A DNA stretch of 59,553 nucleotides from Candidatus Puniceispirillaceae bacterium (GTDB lineage Bacteria; Pseudomonadota; Alphaproteobacteria; Puniceispirillales; Puniceispirillaceae): the NCBI GenBank assembly GCA_049889955.1, contig JBMHCK010000074.1, forward strand, positions 1 through 59,553. The letters run 5' to 3'. The position numbers and the translations under genes are program-made. The notes beneath the pieces were generated by a model, which saw nothing but the letters and a program-made list of their open reading frames with translations, was not told the DNA's origin and did no database searches. Below, in pieces: positions 40,867-50,965 of this stretch; the first letter of the stretch is position 1, and each line of letters begins with the position of its first letter.

Positions 40867-41256
40867 ATGCTAGAAATTAAATGTCCCTATTGCGGGTCAA
40901 GAGATGAAGAAGAGTTTGCCTGTGGCGGCGAAGCGCATATCGCCCGCCCGCTGGCCGAAAACCCGATAAGCGATAAGGAATTTGCAGATTACCTGTTTTA
41001 TCGCGACAACCCAAAAGGGGTGTTTCTAGAGCGTTGGCGCCATAGTGCGGGATGTCGGCGCTGGTTTAATATGGTGCGCGATACCGTTAGCCACGAGATT
41101 ATAGAGGTGTATGCGATGGGGCAAAAACCTGCCAGCAAAGCAGGTAAAACAGCCTATGCCGCAAATTGGCGGCGTAGCAGCCCAGCGGAAATCGCCGCCA
41201 GCCCTGCCGGGCAAAAAACACGCAAACCCTCCAGCACAAAGAGGTCAGCAGGGTGA
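40867..41256 (+). CDS. soxD: Sarcosine oxidase subunit delta
   Basis: CPYCG..DEEEF, RDNPKG, ERWRHSAGCRRWFN Zn ligands. Confidence 0.92.
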   Translation: MLEIKCPYCGSRDEEEFACGGEAHIARPLAENPISDKEFADYLFYRDNPKGVFLERWRHSAGCRRWFNMVRDTVSHEIIEVYAMGQKPASKAGKTAYAANWRRSSPAEIAASPAGQKTRKPSSTKRSAG

Positions 41257-44200
41257 TGGCAAAGAAAAACAACATGACGGTAAATCGAAATCAGCAAATA
41301 GCGGCCTCTATAGATAGCAGCGCCCCTATCAGCTTCACCTTTGATGGACGAACCTATCAGGGGTGCAAGGGCGATACGCTGGCCTCTGCATTGCTGGCAA
41401 ATAATATTCATCTAACCGGACGGTCTTTCAAATATCACCGGCCACGCGGCATTATGGCGGCAGGGGCAGAAGAGCCAAATGCCCTGGTAGGTGTGGGCAC
41501 AGGCGGCCGCATAGAACCAAATTTAAAAGCCACTCAGGTAGAATTAAATGACGGGCTGGTTGCGGTATCACAAAACTGTTTCCCATCACTGAAACTGGAT
41601 GTTGGCGAGATAAATTCTGTTCTTTCCCGATTTTTTCCAGCTGGTTTTTATTACAAGACCTTTATGTGGCCAGCCAGCTTTTGGATGATGTATGAGCATG
41701 TTATCCGCCGGGCGGCTGGTCTGGGCAAGGTTGGTGATAACCCGCAAGACCCGGACAGATATGAAAAGCGCCATGCCCATTTCGATATTGTTGTGATTGG
41801 TGGCGGGCTTGCCGGACTTAGCGCGGCCCTGCAAGCGGCACAAAGTGGCCGCCGTGTCTTACTGGCAGAAGATCAGCATCAATGGGGAGGATGGCTTCGG
41901 GCCACCGACGATATCCAGATAGATGGCCTTACTGGCTCTGAATGGACAGATAAAACTATTGCCCAGCTAGCGGCTATGGATAATGTGACACTATTGCCGC
42001 GCACTACCTGTTTTGGGTATAGCGATCATAATTTCCTGACCTTTGCAGAACGGGTTACGGATCATTTGGCAGACAAGCCTGCCCATCTGCCGCGTCAGCG
42101 CCTGTGGAAGGTGCGCGCCCGTCAGGTGATTCTGGCAACCGGGGCGATTGAACGCCCGCTGGTCTTTACTGGCAATGATTTGCCAGGCGTGATGCTGGCC
42201 TCGGCAGCGCAAACCTATTTGCATCAATATGGCGTTTTGGCCGGACAGCGCGGTATCTTGATGACCAATAATGATGCTGCATGGCATTCTGCTTTTGCCC
42301 TGCATCGCGCTGGCTGTATGATAAAGCTGATCGTGGATACACGGCAAACCCCCGCACCTGCCCTTGTTAAGCAAGCGGCCGCGTTGGGTATTCAAACCCG
42401 TCTGGGTGCCGGGGTTAGCGCTGCCTATGGCCGCCTGCATGTTGCCCGTGTCGAAATTGCCTCGCTAAACAGCGACGGGGATGCGCTAGCTGGCGAGCCA
42501 GAACATTTTGATTGTGATTTGCTGCTGATGTCTGGCGGGTTGAACCCCGTTGTGCATCTGCACTCCCAAGCCAGAGGTAAATTGAAATGGGATGAGCGCA
42601 GCTATTGCTTCTGTCCATCTACCACGCATGAAGCTGAGCAGTCAGTTGGCGCCTGTAAGGGCAGTTTTGAGCCAGCACGCAGTGCAAAAGAGGGTATAGA
42701 AGCTGCCAATAAAGCGATTAAGGCAATTGCAAGCCATGCAGATGAGATGCCTCTGCCAGAAATCATCGCACCAACAATCAAATATGCGCCAATGCCGATT
42801 TGGGAAATTCCAAATGGCTTGCCAGCAGGGCAAGGCGGCAAAGCCTTTGTTGATTTTCAAAATGATGTTACCGCCAGTGATATCCAGCTTGCCGTGCGGG
42901 AAGGATATCATTCGGTCGAGCATGTCAAACGCTATACCACTACCGGCATGGCAACCGATCAGGGCAAAACCTCTAATATCAATGCGATGGCTATTCTGGC
43001 ACGTGAACGTGGCGCAGATATCCCTTCTGTAGGCACAACCACCTTTCGGATGCCCTATACCCCGACCTCTATCGGGATGATAGCCGGACGCGATATTGGC
43101 GGGCTGTTTGATCCGGTACGAACCACCCCAATGGATAAATGGCACCGCGAAGCAGGCGCCAAGTTTGAGCATGTCGGCCAATGGATGCGAGCCTGGTATT
43201 ACCCGCAAGCTGGCGAGAGCATGGAAGAAGCTGTCGCCCGTGAGGTTATGGCGGCCCGCCAGACAGCAGGGCTTCTGGATGCCTCTACATTGGGCAAGAT
43301 TGATGTGAAGGGTCCGGATGCCGCAGAATTCCTGAACCGTATTTACACCAATAGCTGGTTAAAGCTGGGCATTAATAAATGCCGCTATGGGCTGATGTGT
43401 AAAGATGATGGCATGGTTATGGACGATGGGGTCACAACCCGTCTGGCTGAAGATCATTTTCATATGACCACCACCACAGGCGGTGCGGCTGGTGTGTTGG
43501 ACTGGCTGGAAGAATGGCTACAGACAGAATGGCCAGAATTAAAGGTATATCTAACCTCGGTTACCGAACAATGGGCGGTTGCCACCTTATCCGGGCCAGC
43601 GGCCAGAGATATTCTAAAGGCTGCCGGGACCAATATTGATCTAAGCGATGATGGGTTTGGATTTATGTCGATGCGTGAGGGGCATGTCTCTGGCTTGCCT
43701 GCACGGCTCTATCGTATTTCCTTTACTGGCGAGTTGTCTTACGAAATTAATGTGTCTGCCCGCTATGGCATGGCCCTTTGGACAACCTTGATGCGTGCTG
43801 GCCGTGATTTTGGTATCACCCCTTATGGCACCGAAGCCATGCATGTATTGCGTGGCGAGAAAGGGTTTATCATTGTTGGTCAGGAAACAGATGGTACGGT
43901 TACGCCGCCTGATCTGGGTATGAACTGGATTGTCTCGGACAAAAAGCCCGATTTTATTGGCAAGCGGGCATTAGCACGCCAGTCTATGGCTGCCGAGGAT
44001 CGCAAACAGCTGGTCGGGCTGAAAACAAAGGATCCAAAACAGGTCATTCCCGAGGGCGCACATGCGGTTCTGGATCCTACCCAGCCCCCGCCTGTAGAGA
44101 TGCTGGGTCAGGTTACCTCTTCTTATTACAGCCCTAATCTTGGCCATTCCATCGCCATGGCATTATTGCGCGGCGGTCATGCCCGCAAGGGCCAGACCGT

Positions 44201-44300
44201 GTATTTCCCAATGCTGGATGGCAGCCCCACTATTGAGGCCACTATCACCGATACCAGCTTTTATGATCCAAAAGGAGAGCGTCTCAATGGCAAACTCTAA
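41256..44300 (+). CDS. soxA: Sarcosine oxidase subunit alpha
   Basis: GDTLASALLAN, RSFKYHRPRG, FVDFQNDVT, KRYTTTGMATDQGK; GcvT-like THF domain; TGATG overlap with soxD. Confidence 0.94.
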   Translation: MAKKNNMTVNRNQQIAASIDSSAPISFTFDGRTYQGCKGDTLASALLANNIHLTGRSFKYHRPRGIMAAGAEEPNALVGVGTGGRIEPNLKATQVELNDGLVAVSQNCFPSLKLDVGEINSVLSRFFPAGFYYKTFMWPASFWMMYEHVIRRAAGLGKVGDNPQDPDRYEKRHAHFDIVVIGGGLAGLSAALQAAQSGRRVLLAEDQHQWGGWLRATDDIQIDGLTGSEWTDKTIAQLAAMDNVTLLPRTTCFGYSDHNFLTFAERVTDHLADKPAHLPRQRLWKVRARQVILATGAIERPLVFTGNDLPGVMLASAAQTYLHQYGVLAGQRGILMTNNDAAWHSAFALHRAGCMIKLIVDTRQTPAPALVKQAAALGIQTRLGAGVSAAYGRLHVARVEIASLNSDGDALAGEPEHFDCDLLLMSGGLNPVVHLHSQARGKLKWDERSYCFCPSTTHEAEQSVGACKGSFEPARSAKEGIEAANKAIKAIASHADEMPLPEIIAPTIKYAPMPIWEIPNGLPAGQGGKAFVDFQNDVTASDIQLAVREGYHSVEHVKRYTTTGMATDQGKTSNINAMAILARERGADIPSVGTTTFRMPYTPTSIGMIAGRDIGGLFDPVRTTPMDKWHREAGAKFEHVGQWMRAWYYPQAGESMEEAVAREVMAARQTAGLLDASTLGKIDVKGPDAAEFLNRIYTNSWLKLGINKCRYGLMCKDDGMVMDDGVTTRLAEDHFHMTTTTGGAAGVLDWLEEWLQTEWPELKVYLTSVTEQWAVATLSGPAARDILKAAGTNIDLSDDGFGFMSMREGHVSGLPARLYRISFTGELSYEINVSARYGMALWTTLMRAGRDFGITPYGTEAMHVLRGEKGFIIVGQETDGTVTPPDLGMNWIVSDKKPDFIGKRALARQSMAAEDRKQLVGLKTKDPKQVIPEGAHAVLDPTQPPPVEMLGQVTSSYYSPNLGHSIAMALLRGGHARKGQTVYFPMLDGSPTIEATITDTSFYDPKGERLNGKL

Positions 44301-44916
44301 TCTATCTGAAACTGGCCATAGCGCCCCTAACGCGCAGATGCCGCAAGCTACCGCCCTGCCTGAAATTCTGCCAAATCCGGAAGGGGGGGCAGCTGGCCTC
44401 AGTATCGCAAGAATAGCTGGCAAGAGCCTGATTAATCTGCGTGCAGACGATAACATCAAAGCCAGGCTGGAAACCCTGTTTGGAACAGCCTTGCCTAGCC
44501 AGCCAAACAAAATGGCCGCCATTGGCACGCGCCGCGCCTTGTGGCTGGGGCCAGATGAAACTTTATTGATGATAGAAGAAGCGCAGCTGGCTGAATTCAT
44601 GTTGAGTGTGAAAGCAGAGCTGGGAGATGCCCATTATGCAGCTACAGAAATATCGGACGCGCTGGCTATTTTCCGTCTAGGGGGTACGCGGCGCCTGGAT
44701 GTGCTGGCCAAGGGATGTTCGCTTGATTTACATCCAGACAGTTTTCATATCGGTGATTGCGCGCAATCCCTGCTATCGCATGCTGCGATAACACTTGCCG
44801 CAGATACTGATAATAGCTTGCTGTTATTCTGTCGCACCAGCTTTTCAGATTATGTGTGTAGCTGGCTGAAAGATGCGTCCATAGAATATGGCTATATCTT
44901 GCTAGATAACACCTAA
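44287..44916 (+). CDS. soxG: Sarcosine oxidase subunit gamma
   Basis: INLR, LWLGPDETL, LAKGCSLDLHP..F, RTSFSDY; SD AAGGAGAG before ATG 44287. Confidence 0.88.
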   Translation: MANSNLSETGHSAPNAQMPQATALPEILPNPEGGAAGLSIARIAGKSLINLRADDNIKARLETLFGTALPSQPNKMAAIGTRRALWLGPDETLLMIEEAQLAEFMLSVKAELGDAHYAATEISDALAIFRLGGTRRLDVLAKGCSLDLHPDSFHIGDCAQSLLSHAAITLAADTDNSLLLFCRTSFSDYVCSWLKDASIEYGYILLDNT

Positions 44917-44935
44917 TATCCGTGCAAATGAGTGG

Positions 44936-44976
44936 GCCAGCATCCAGCTAGCCAGCATCCAGCTGCCGGTATCCAC
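44936..44976 (+). repeat. 14-15-bp tandem repeat (GCCAGCATCCAGCT x2 plus a degenerate third copy) between convergent soxG and MttB-family gene
   Basis: gccagcatccagcta gccagcatccagct gccggtatccac. Confidence 0.7.
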
Positions 44977-44997
44977 ACCACAACTTCACCTAGTCGG

Positions 44998-46545
44998 TCA
45001 ATAATCACTATCTGGCAGGGCCGCCATACGGCTATCGATATAATCGCGCAAGGCGGCATCGATTGCCGGATCCATTTCAGGGGCCTGATATTCATTTAGC
45101 ATCTGAATAGCACGGTTGCGTGCGCGTTGCTCGCTTTCCACCCGCCCTTCAATGTCCCACTGCTCAAAAGTGGTGTTATCAGCCAGAGAGGAACGCCAGA
45201 AAGCAGTTTCAAAATTGGCCTGTGTATGGCTGCTGCCCAGGAAATGCTGGCCAGGTCCGGTTTCCCGCAACGCCTCTAGCGCCAGCCCATTTTCAGAAAC
45301 ATCAATACCGGCAACCATGCTATCCATCATGGTCAGCTGGTCCGCATCTAACAGCAACTTGGCATAGTCAGAGACCAGCCCGCCTTCCATCCAGCCAGCT
45401 GAATGTAGAGCAAAATTTACCCCGCCTAATACGGTCGGCAACAGGGTATGTGCGCTTTCATACGCAGCTTGTGCATCTGCGGTCTTGGACGCGGTAAATG
45501 ACCCGCCAGAACGGAAAGGCACATTCAGCCGGCGAGCAAGTTTTGCCGCACAATACAGAACTTTTGCAGGTTCAGGTGTTCCAAAGGTTGGCGCGCCTGT
45601 CTGCATGGAAATAGAGCTGGCAAAACTGCCAAAGATAACCGGGGCACCTGGATTAACCGCCTGACTAAAGGCAATACCGCTCATCGCTTCTGCCAACACT
45701 TGGGTCAGTGTGCCTGCTACAGAAACAGGCGACATCGCCCCGGACAGAATAAAGGGCGAGATAATACATCCCTGTCCGGCACGGGCATATACCTTTAGCG
45801 CGCCAAGCATAGTATCATCCCATGTCATCGGCGAATTTGCATTGATCAGCGAGACCATAACGCAATTCTGGTCAACAAACTCTTCACCAAACACAATCTT
45901 GGATAGAGCGACACAATCTTCGGCCCGCTCCGGGGCGGTAACAGACCCCATATAGGGCTTGTCAGAATAGCGTAAATGGGCATAGAGCATTTCCAGATGC
46001 CGCTTTGTAACTGGCAGGTCAACTGGCTCGCATACCGTGCCGCCAGAATGATGCAAGCCTGGCAACATATAGATAAGCTTTACAAAATTATTGAAATCTT
46101 CAATTTTCGCATAGCGGCGCTCACCTTGCAGATCGCGCACAAAAGGCGGGCCATAAACAGGGGCAAATACTGTATTATTGCCGCCGATCACAACCGAGCG
46201 TTCCGGATTGCGGGCATGTTGGGTGAATTCAGACGGCGCTGTTTTACACAGATCGCGGGCTAATCCACGCGGAAAATGCACCCTCTCCCCATCAATATCA
46301 CACCCCTTATCTTTCAGGATAGACAGCGCTTCTGGATCATCTCGGAACTCGATGCCTATCTCTTCCAGCACGGTTTCTGCGTTATGCTCAATAAGCTCAC
46401 AGGCCTCATCACTAAGCATATCCACAGGGGGAATATGGCGAACCAGATAGGGCGCCGATACAGCAGAGCTCGTCTGTCTGGCGGTGCGACGGGCATCACG
46501 TCCGCCGCCGCGCCGTGACCGCCTTTGCGGATTAATATCATCCAT
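44998..46545 (-). CDS. Trimethylamine methyltransferase (MttB) family protein, non-pyrrolysine, MtgB-like
   Basis: LEEIGIEF, FTQHARNP, PVYGPPFV, GGTVCEPVD, SDKPYMG, NANSP, GAMSPVS, GAPTFGTPE, HSAGWMEGGL; no in-frame TAG. Confidence 0.9.
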   Translation of the reverse strand: MDDINPQRRSRRGGGRDARRTARQTSSAVSAPYLVRHIPPVDMLSDEACELIEHNAETVLEEIGIEFRDDPEALSILKDKGCDIDGERVHFPRGLARDLCKTAPSEFTQHARNPERSVVIGGNNTVFAPVYGPPFVRDLQGERRYAKIEDFNNFVKLIYMLPGLHHSGGTVCEPVDLPVTKRHLEMLYAHLRYSDKPYMGSVTAPERAEDCVALSKIVFGEEFVDQNCVMVSLINANSPMTWDDTMLGALKVYARAGQGCIISPFILSGAMSPVSVAGTLTQVLAEAMSGIAFSQAVNPGAPVIFGSFASSISMQTGAPTFGTPEPAKVLYCAAKLARRLNVPFRSGGSFTASKTADAQAAYESAHTLLPTVLGGVNFALHSAGWMEGGLVSDYAKLLLDADQLTMMDSMVAGIDVSENGLALEALRETGPGQHFLGSSHTQANFETAFWRSSLADNTTFEQWDIEGRVESEQRARNRAIQMLNEYQAPEMDPAIDAALRDYIDSRMAALPDSDY

Positions 46546-46602
46546 ATCTCAATTCCTTATCGGCAAATACCTGTACGCGCAGGTGATTTAATTTCGTTAA
46601 TC

Positions 46603-49038
46603 TTAAGCTCGCAATTTTTCATTTGCGGGGTCAAACGGACTTTCATCAATAACAATAGCTGATAATCGCTGACCCAAAATTTCAATTTCAAGGGCGGTAC
46701 CACTTGTCGCTAATTCAGGGGCAACCATGGCCAATGCCAATGATTTTTTCACCCTGAAACCATAGCCACCAGAGGTTGCCCGACCAACCAGCTTGCCCTC
46801 CTTGAAAATCGGATTTCCGCCCAGCGCATCGGCATCTTCCACACCCTGAACTTCCAGCGTAACAAAGCTGTTAGCAAAGCCGCCTTCCTGCCATGCGGCC
46901 AGACCATCACGGCCAATAAAGGATTCCTTTTGCATCTGCACAAACCGGTGCAGGCCAGATTCATATGCCGCATATTCAATGCTCATCTCGGTGCCAACCA
47001 TACGATAGGATTTTTCCAATCGCATCGCATCCATTGCCCGAATACCAAATGGCTTTAGACCAAATTCTGCACCCGCAGCAAATAGCGCATCGAAAATATG
47101 ATTTTGGTATTCAATCGGATGATGCAGCTCCCAGCCAAGCTCGCCTACAAAATTGACCCGCAAAGCCAGAGATGGGGCTAAATTTATATCTATGTGCTGG
47201 CCAGACAGCCATGGAAATGCAGCGTTTGACAAATCGGTTAAGGTCAATTTTTGCAACAGATCCCGTGATTTCGGCCCGGCCAGAACCAGAACCCCCATCG
47301 AATTGGTTAGATTGGTATAGGTTACCGAGCGATCATCTGGCATATGCTTTTTCAGCCAGTCATGGTCCAGGCGCTGTGCAGCCCCTGCCGAGACGATATA
47401 AAAGCTATCATCAGATTCCCGCATAATGGTAAATTCTGAATGCACGCCGCCACGCGGTGCCAACGCATGTGCCAATATCACCCGGCCATTTTTACGCGGT
47501 AATTTATTGGCAATAAGATTTTCTAAAAAGGCCTCGGCACCCGGCCCTTCAATACGACATTTTGCAAAAGCAGACATATCCAGTAGGCCGCAATTGGTAG
47601 TCACATTGGCAACCTCATTACCAACATGTTCAAACCAGTTAGACCGTCTGAACGACCAGTGATCTTCGGCAGGCACCCCTTCCGGCGCAAACCAGTTCGC
47701 CCTCTCCCAGCCAAATTTCTGGCCAAAAACAGCGCCCATATCCTTTAGCCGGTCATAGCAAGGCGTGGTCCGCAAAGGTCGCGCCGCTTCTCTTTCTTCA
47801 TCGGGGTAATGAATGGTAAAGACATTGGCATAGGCTTCTTCATTTTTCTGCTTCAGATAGCTTTTTGTTGCATAATCCCCAAAGCGGCGCGGATCGACCC
47901 CGTTCATATCAATGGTCGGCTCGCCATCTACCATCCATTCTGCTAGCTGCCATCCGGCCCCGCCAGCAGCGGTAATGCCAAAGCTATGCCCTTCATTCAG
48001 CCAGAAATTCGGCAAATCCCATGCCGGACCAACAATCGGGCTGCCATCTGGCGTATAGGCGATCGCCCCATTATAGACTTTCTTTACCCCAACCTCGCCA
48101 AAGGCTGGCACCCGGGCTATCGCTGATTCAATATGCGGCATCAACCGTTCCAGATCTTCCTGGAACAGCTCATATTCGCTGCTGTCATCTGGGCCATCAA
48201 AATAACAAACAGGCGCACCTTTCTCATACGGGCCAAGGATCAACCCGCCATTTTCCTCACGCATATACCAGGACCCGTCACTCTCGCGCAAAACCCCCAT
48301 TTCCGGCAGCCCTTTGGCCTGACGTTCCTGGATAGCTGGATGCGGTTCTGTGACAATATATTGATGCTCAACCGGAATTACCGGAATATCCAGCCCAACC
48401 ATCGCCCCAGTGCGGCGCGCAAAATTCCCGGTTGCTGAAACAATATGCTCACAGGTAATCTCGCCCTTATCTGTGGTAACCTTCCATTCCCCTGATGCGG
48501 TGCGGGTAATCGCGGTTACCGCTGTGTTCCGATATATCTGGGCGCCATTATCGCGCGCCCCTTTTGCCAGCGCCTGGGTTAAATCTGCTGGCTGAACATA
48601 CCCATCATCTGGATGGCGAATAGCCCCTATCAGCCCATCTGTTACCGCTAGTGGCCAGATATCAATAACTTCCTCAGGGGTCAGGCGTTCTACCTTTACC
48701 CCAATCGTCTCGGCCACCCCTGCATATTGCAGATATTCATCCATGCGATCGCGGTTAGTTGCCAGCCGAATATTGGATACTTGCGAGAGCCCGGGATTAA
48801 GACCTGTTTCTGCTTGCAGGCTACGATACAGATTTACCGAATATTTGTGAATCTGGCCAACCGAATAGGACATATTGAACAAGGGCAGCAAGCCAGCTGC
48901 ATGCCAGGTAGACCCGCTTGTCAGCTCTTTGCGTTCAATCAGAACAACATCAGACCAGCTCTTTTTGGCTAGATGGTATAGCGTGCTAACGCCTACAGCG
49001 CCGCCGCCTATAACTACAACTCTTGCATGGCTTTTCAT
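46603..49038 (-). CDS. Dimethylglycine dehydrogenase-like flavoprotein (FAD-DAO + GcvT domains)
   Basis: IGGGAVG, LTSGSTWHAAG (covalent-FAD His), EHQY, YTPDG, GWERANWF, FVGELGWELH, MRLEKSYR; SD GAGGGG before ATG 49038. Confidence 0.88.
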   Translation of the reverse strand: MKSHARVVVIGGGAVGVSTLYHLAKKSWSDVVLIERKELTSGSTWHAAGLLPLFNMSYSVGQIHKYSVNLYRSLQAETGLNPGLSQVSNIRLATNRDRMDEYLQYAGVAETIGVKVERLTPEEVIDIWPLAVTDGLIGAIRHPDDGYVQPADLTQALAKGARDNGAQIYRNTAVTAITRTASGEWKVTTDKGEITCEHIVSATGNFARRTGAMVGLDIPVIPVEHQYIVTEPHPAIQERQAKGLPEMGVLRESDGSWYMREENGGLILGPYEKGAPVCYFDGPDDSSEYELFQEDLERLMPHIESAIARVPAFGEVGVKKVYNGAIAYTPDGSPIVGPAWDLPNFWLNEGHSFGITAAGGAGWQLAEWMVDGEPTIDMNGVDPRRFGDYATKSYLKQKNEEAYANVFTIHYPDEEREAARPLRTTPCYDRLKDMGAVFGQKFGWERANWFAPEGVPAEDHWSFRRSNWFEHVGNEVANVTTNCGLLDMSAFAKCRIEGPGAEAFLENLIANKLPRKNGRVILAHALAPRGGVHSEFTIMRESDDSFYIVSAGAAQRLDHDWLKKHMPDDRSVTYTNLTNSMGVLVLAGPKSRDLLQKLTLTDLSNAAFPWLSGQHIDINLAPSLALRVNFVGELGWELHHPIEYQNHIFDALFAAGAEFGLKPFGIRAMDAMRLEKSYRMVGTEMSIEYAAYESGLHRFVQMQKESFIGRDGLAAWQEGGFANSFVTLEVQGVEDADALGGNPIFKEGKLVGRATSGGYGFRVKKSLALAMVAPELATSGTALEIEILGQRLSAIVIDESPFDPANEKLRA

Positions 49039-49209
49039 CTTACTGCCCCTCGCGTCAATCGCTATTGAAAACACAAGAAAAAACTATCAACACCTCTGAG
49101 TTTGCCAAGTTTTACCAAAGAAACATGTTTCAAACCGACCCAGTTTTGACAGATTCAGGCAACCACCAGATCAAAAGTGTCATTTATCTGAGTTATAGCC
49201 CTCGTCTGA

Positions 49210-49812
49210 TCAGGGATAGAGGCGTTGTGCCTGCCATGTGGCTGTAGCTGATTTCGTATAGCGGAACCGATCATGAAGCCGATATTCCCCATCTGCCCAA
49301 AATTCAATTTCATCTGGCTTGATAAGAAACCCGCCCCAATGTGGCGGTCTCGGGATATCCTCGCCATAATTTGCTTCAACATCAGCAACCGCATCCTGTA
49401 AAATTTGCCGGGTTGCCAGTGGCTTGGACTGATCAGAGGCCCAGGCGCCAACCCGGCTGCCACGGGGGCGGCTGTTGAAATAGGCATCACTTTGCGCGGC
49501 AGACACTTTTTCAATCTGTCCGCAAACCCGCACCTGGCGGCGCAGGGATTTCCAATGCATAACAAAGGCGGCTTTGCCTGTTGCCAGCAGCTCAGCTGAT
49601 TTTCGGCTGGTATAATTGGTGTAGAAAACAAATCCTTCGGGAACAATCTCTTTTAGCAGCACCATTCGAACAGACGGCATGCCAGAGCTGTCCACAGAGG
49701 CAATGGCCATAGCATCGGGGTCATTTATTTCTGCTTCCTTTGCCTCGGCAAACCAGCTGTCAAAGAGCTGATAGGGGTCAATATCCAGCTTGTCTGCATC
49801 CAAAACACCCAT
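49210..49812 (-). CDS. pdxH: Pyridoxine/pyridoxamine 5'-phosphate oxidase
   Basis: RMVLLK, FYTNYTSRK, LRRQVR, GAWASDQS, RPPHWGG, EFW..RLHDR, RLYP. Confidence 0.96.
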   Translation of the reverse strand: MGVLDADKLDIDPYQLFDSWFAEAKEAEINDPDAMAIASVDSSGMPSVRMVLLKEIVPEGFVFYTNYTSRKSAELLATGKAAFVMHWKSLRRQVRVCGQIEKVSAAQSDAYFNSRPRGSRVGAWASDQSKPLATRQILQDAVADVEANYGEDIPRPPHWGGFLIKPDEIEFWADGEYRLHDRFRYTKSATATWQAQRLYP

Positions 49813-50183
49813 GATGGTATCTCCTTAACATTTGGTTTGGTACCCGGTATTTTTGTATATTTTCCACATCTTTGGTGACCACAACAGTGATAGCCTAACC
49901 ATGCCAATGAAAAATATTTACGTCAGATCTTTTAAATAGGGTCTGTCAGGGGAAAAACAAGCGCGAATAGCCGCTTCAAATCTGTCTTGATCACTAGCCG
50001 CATCGCCTAATTTACGCGCAATTTTTTGCCACCCAAAATAACCACAGCTTACCCTGTTAATCCGGGCAGATGACAAGAACAATTATAACATTTTATACTG
50101 CCTAAAATTTGCCATTTTTAATGAATATTCTTATACTGCAATTATCCTATGAGGATGCAAAATTTGCTTTGGGGAAAATCATT

Positions 50184-50741
50184 ATGAAAGCATTACACTT
50201 ACTTCCAGCTTTTGCACTTGCGCTTCCGCTTGTAACCATATCCGCAACCGCCTCTCTGGCAGAAACACGGATGGAGAGTGTAATCGGCACTGTTACCAAA
50301 GTAGACACACTTACCCAGTCCTATATTCGCAAGACGCCAAAGGATGAACGCATCTGTTCAATAGATGAAGTGCCTGTTTATGGCGAGGCCCAGCAGGGCG
50401 ACGAAATCGGCTCAATGATTATTGGCGGCCTGCTTGGCTCGGCCGTTGGCAATAAGCTTTCCGATGCGAATGGCGGCGGCGCGGCTGGTGCAGTAGCTGG
50501 CGCATTATTGGGGCGCCAGCATGCTAAAAAAAGCACCCAGCAAGGCGATATTGTGGGCTATCGGCAACAGGAAGTATGCCAGACCAAGCGGGTAGTATTA
50601 GAAGAAGAAGTGACCAAAATCACGGGCTATCGACTGCAAGTTGAAGCAGATGGCCGCATTTTGAGCCTAGAAGATCCAAATCCAGCTAGCGTTGGCGACA
50701 GGGTCGAGATCAGAAAACAGGTTAATTATTCGCTGAAATAA
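50184..50741 (+). CDS. Exported glycine-zipper 2TM protein (YcfJ / 17-kDa antigen-like)
   Basis: Signal peptide from ATG 50184; IIGGLLGSAVG and GAAGAVAGALLG glycine zippers; paired Cys. Confidence 0.8.
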   Translation: MKALHLLPAFALALPLVTISATASLAETRMESVIGTVTKVDTLTQSYIRKTPKDERICSIDEVPVYGEAQQGDEIGSMIIGGLLGSAVGNKLSDANGGGAAGAVAGALLGRQHAKKSTQQGDIVGYRQQEVCQTKRVVLEEEVTKITGYRLQVEADGRILSLEDPNPASVGDRVEIRKQVNYSLK

Positions 50742-50746
50742 AAAAG

Positions 50747-50776
50747 CTGGCGGCTGGCATATCGCCAGACAGCCAG
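50747..50776 (+). terminator. Hairpin just after the glycine-zipper gene
   Basis: CTGGCGGCTGGC-ATATC-GCCAGACAGCCAG; no U-tract on the + strand. Confidence 0.35.
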
Positions 50777-50965
50777 TGCGAAAGCCTATCCGGTTACCGG
50801 ATTTTTGCAGATATATGCGCTCTGGCTGGATTTATCCGGCTGAATTTGTTACATCTATCACGAAAACACCTGTCATCCTGTTTCGCTGGGTTGCTCTGTG
50901 CAGATAATCTGTAAGCAGCCAGCAAAAACAGCGTGACACAAGGCATCTACAGCATAGAGGGTTAC

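Noticed and set aside
44998-46545. Pyrrolysine read-through in the MttB-family gene
   Set aside because: The ORF is continuous with no in-frame TAG, and there are no pyl genes in the window.
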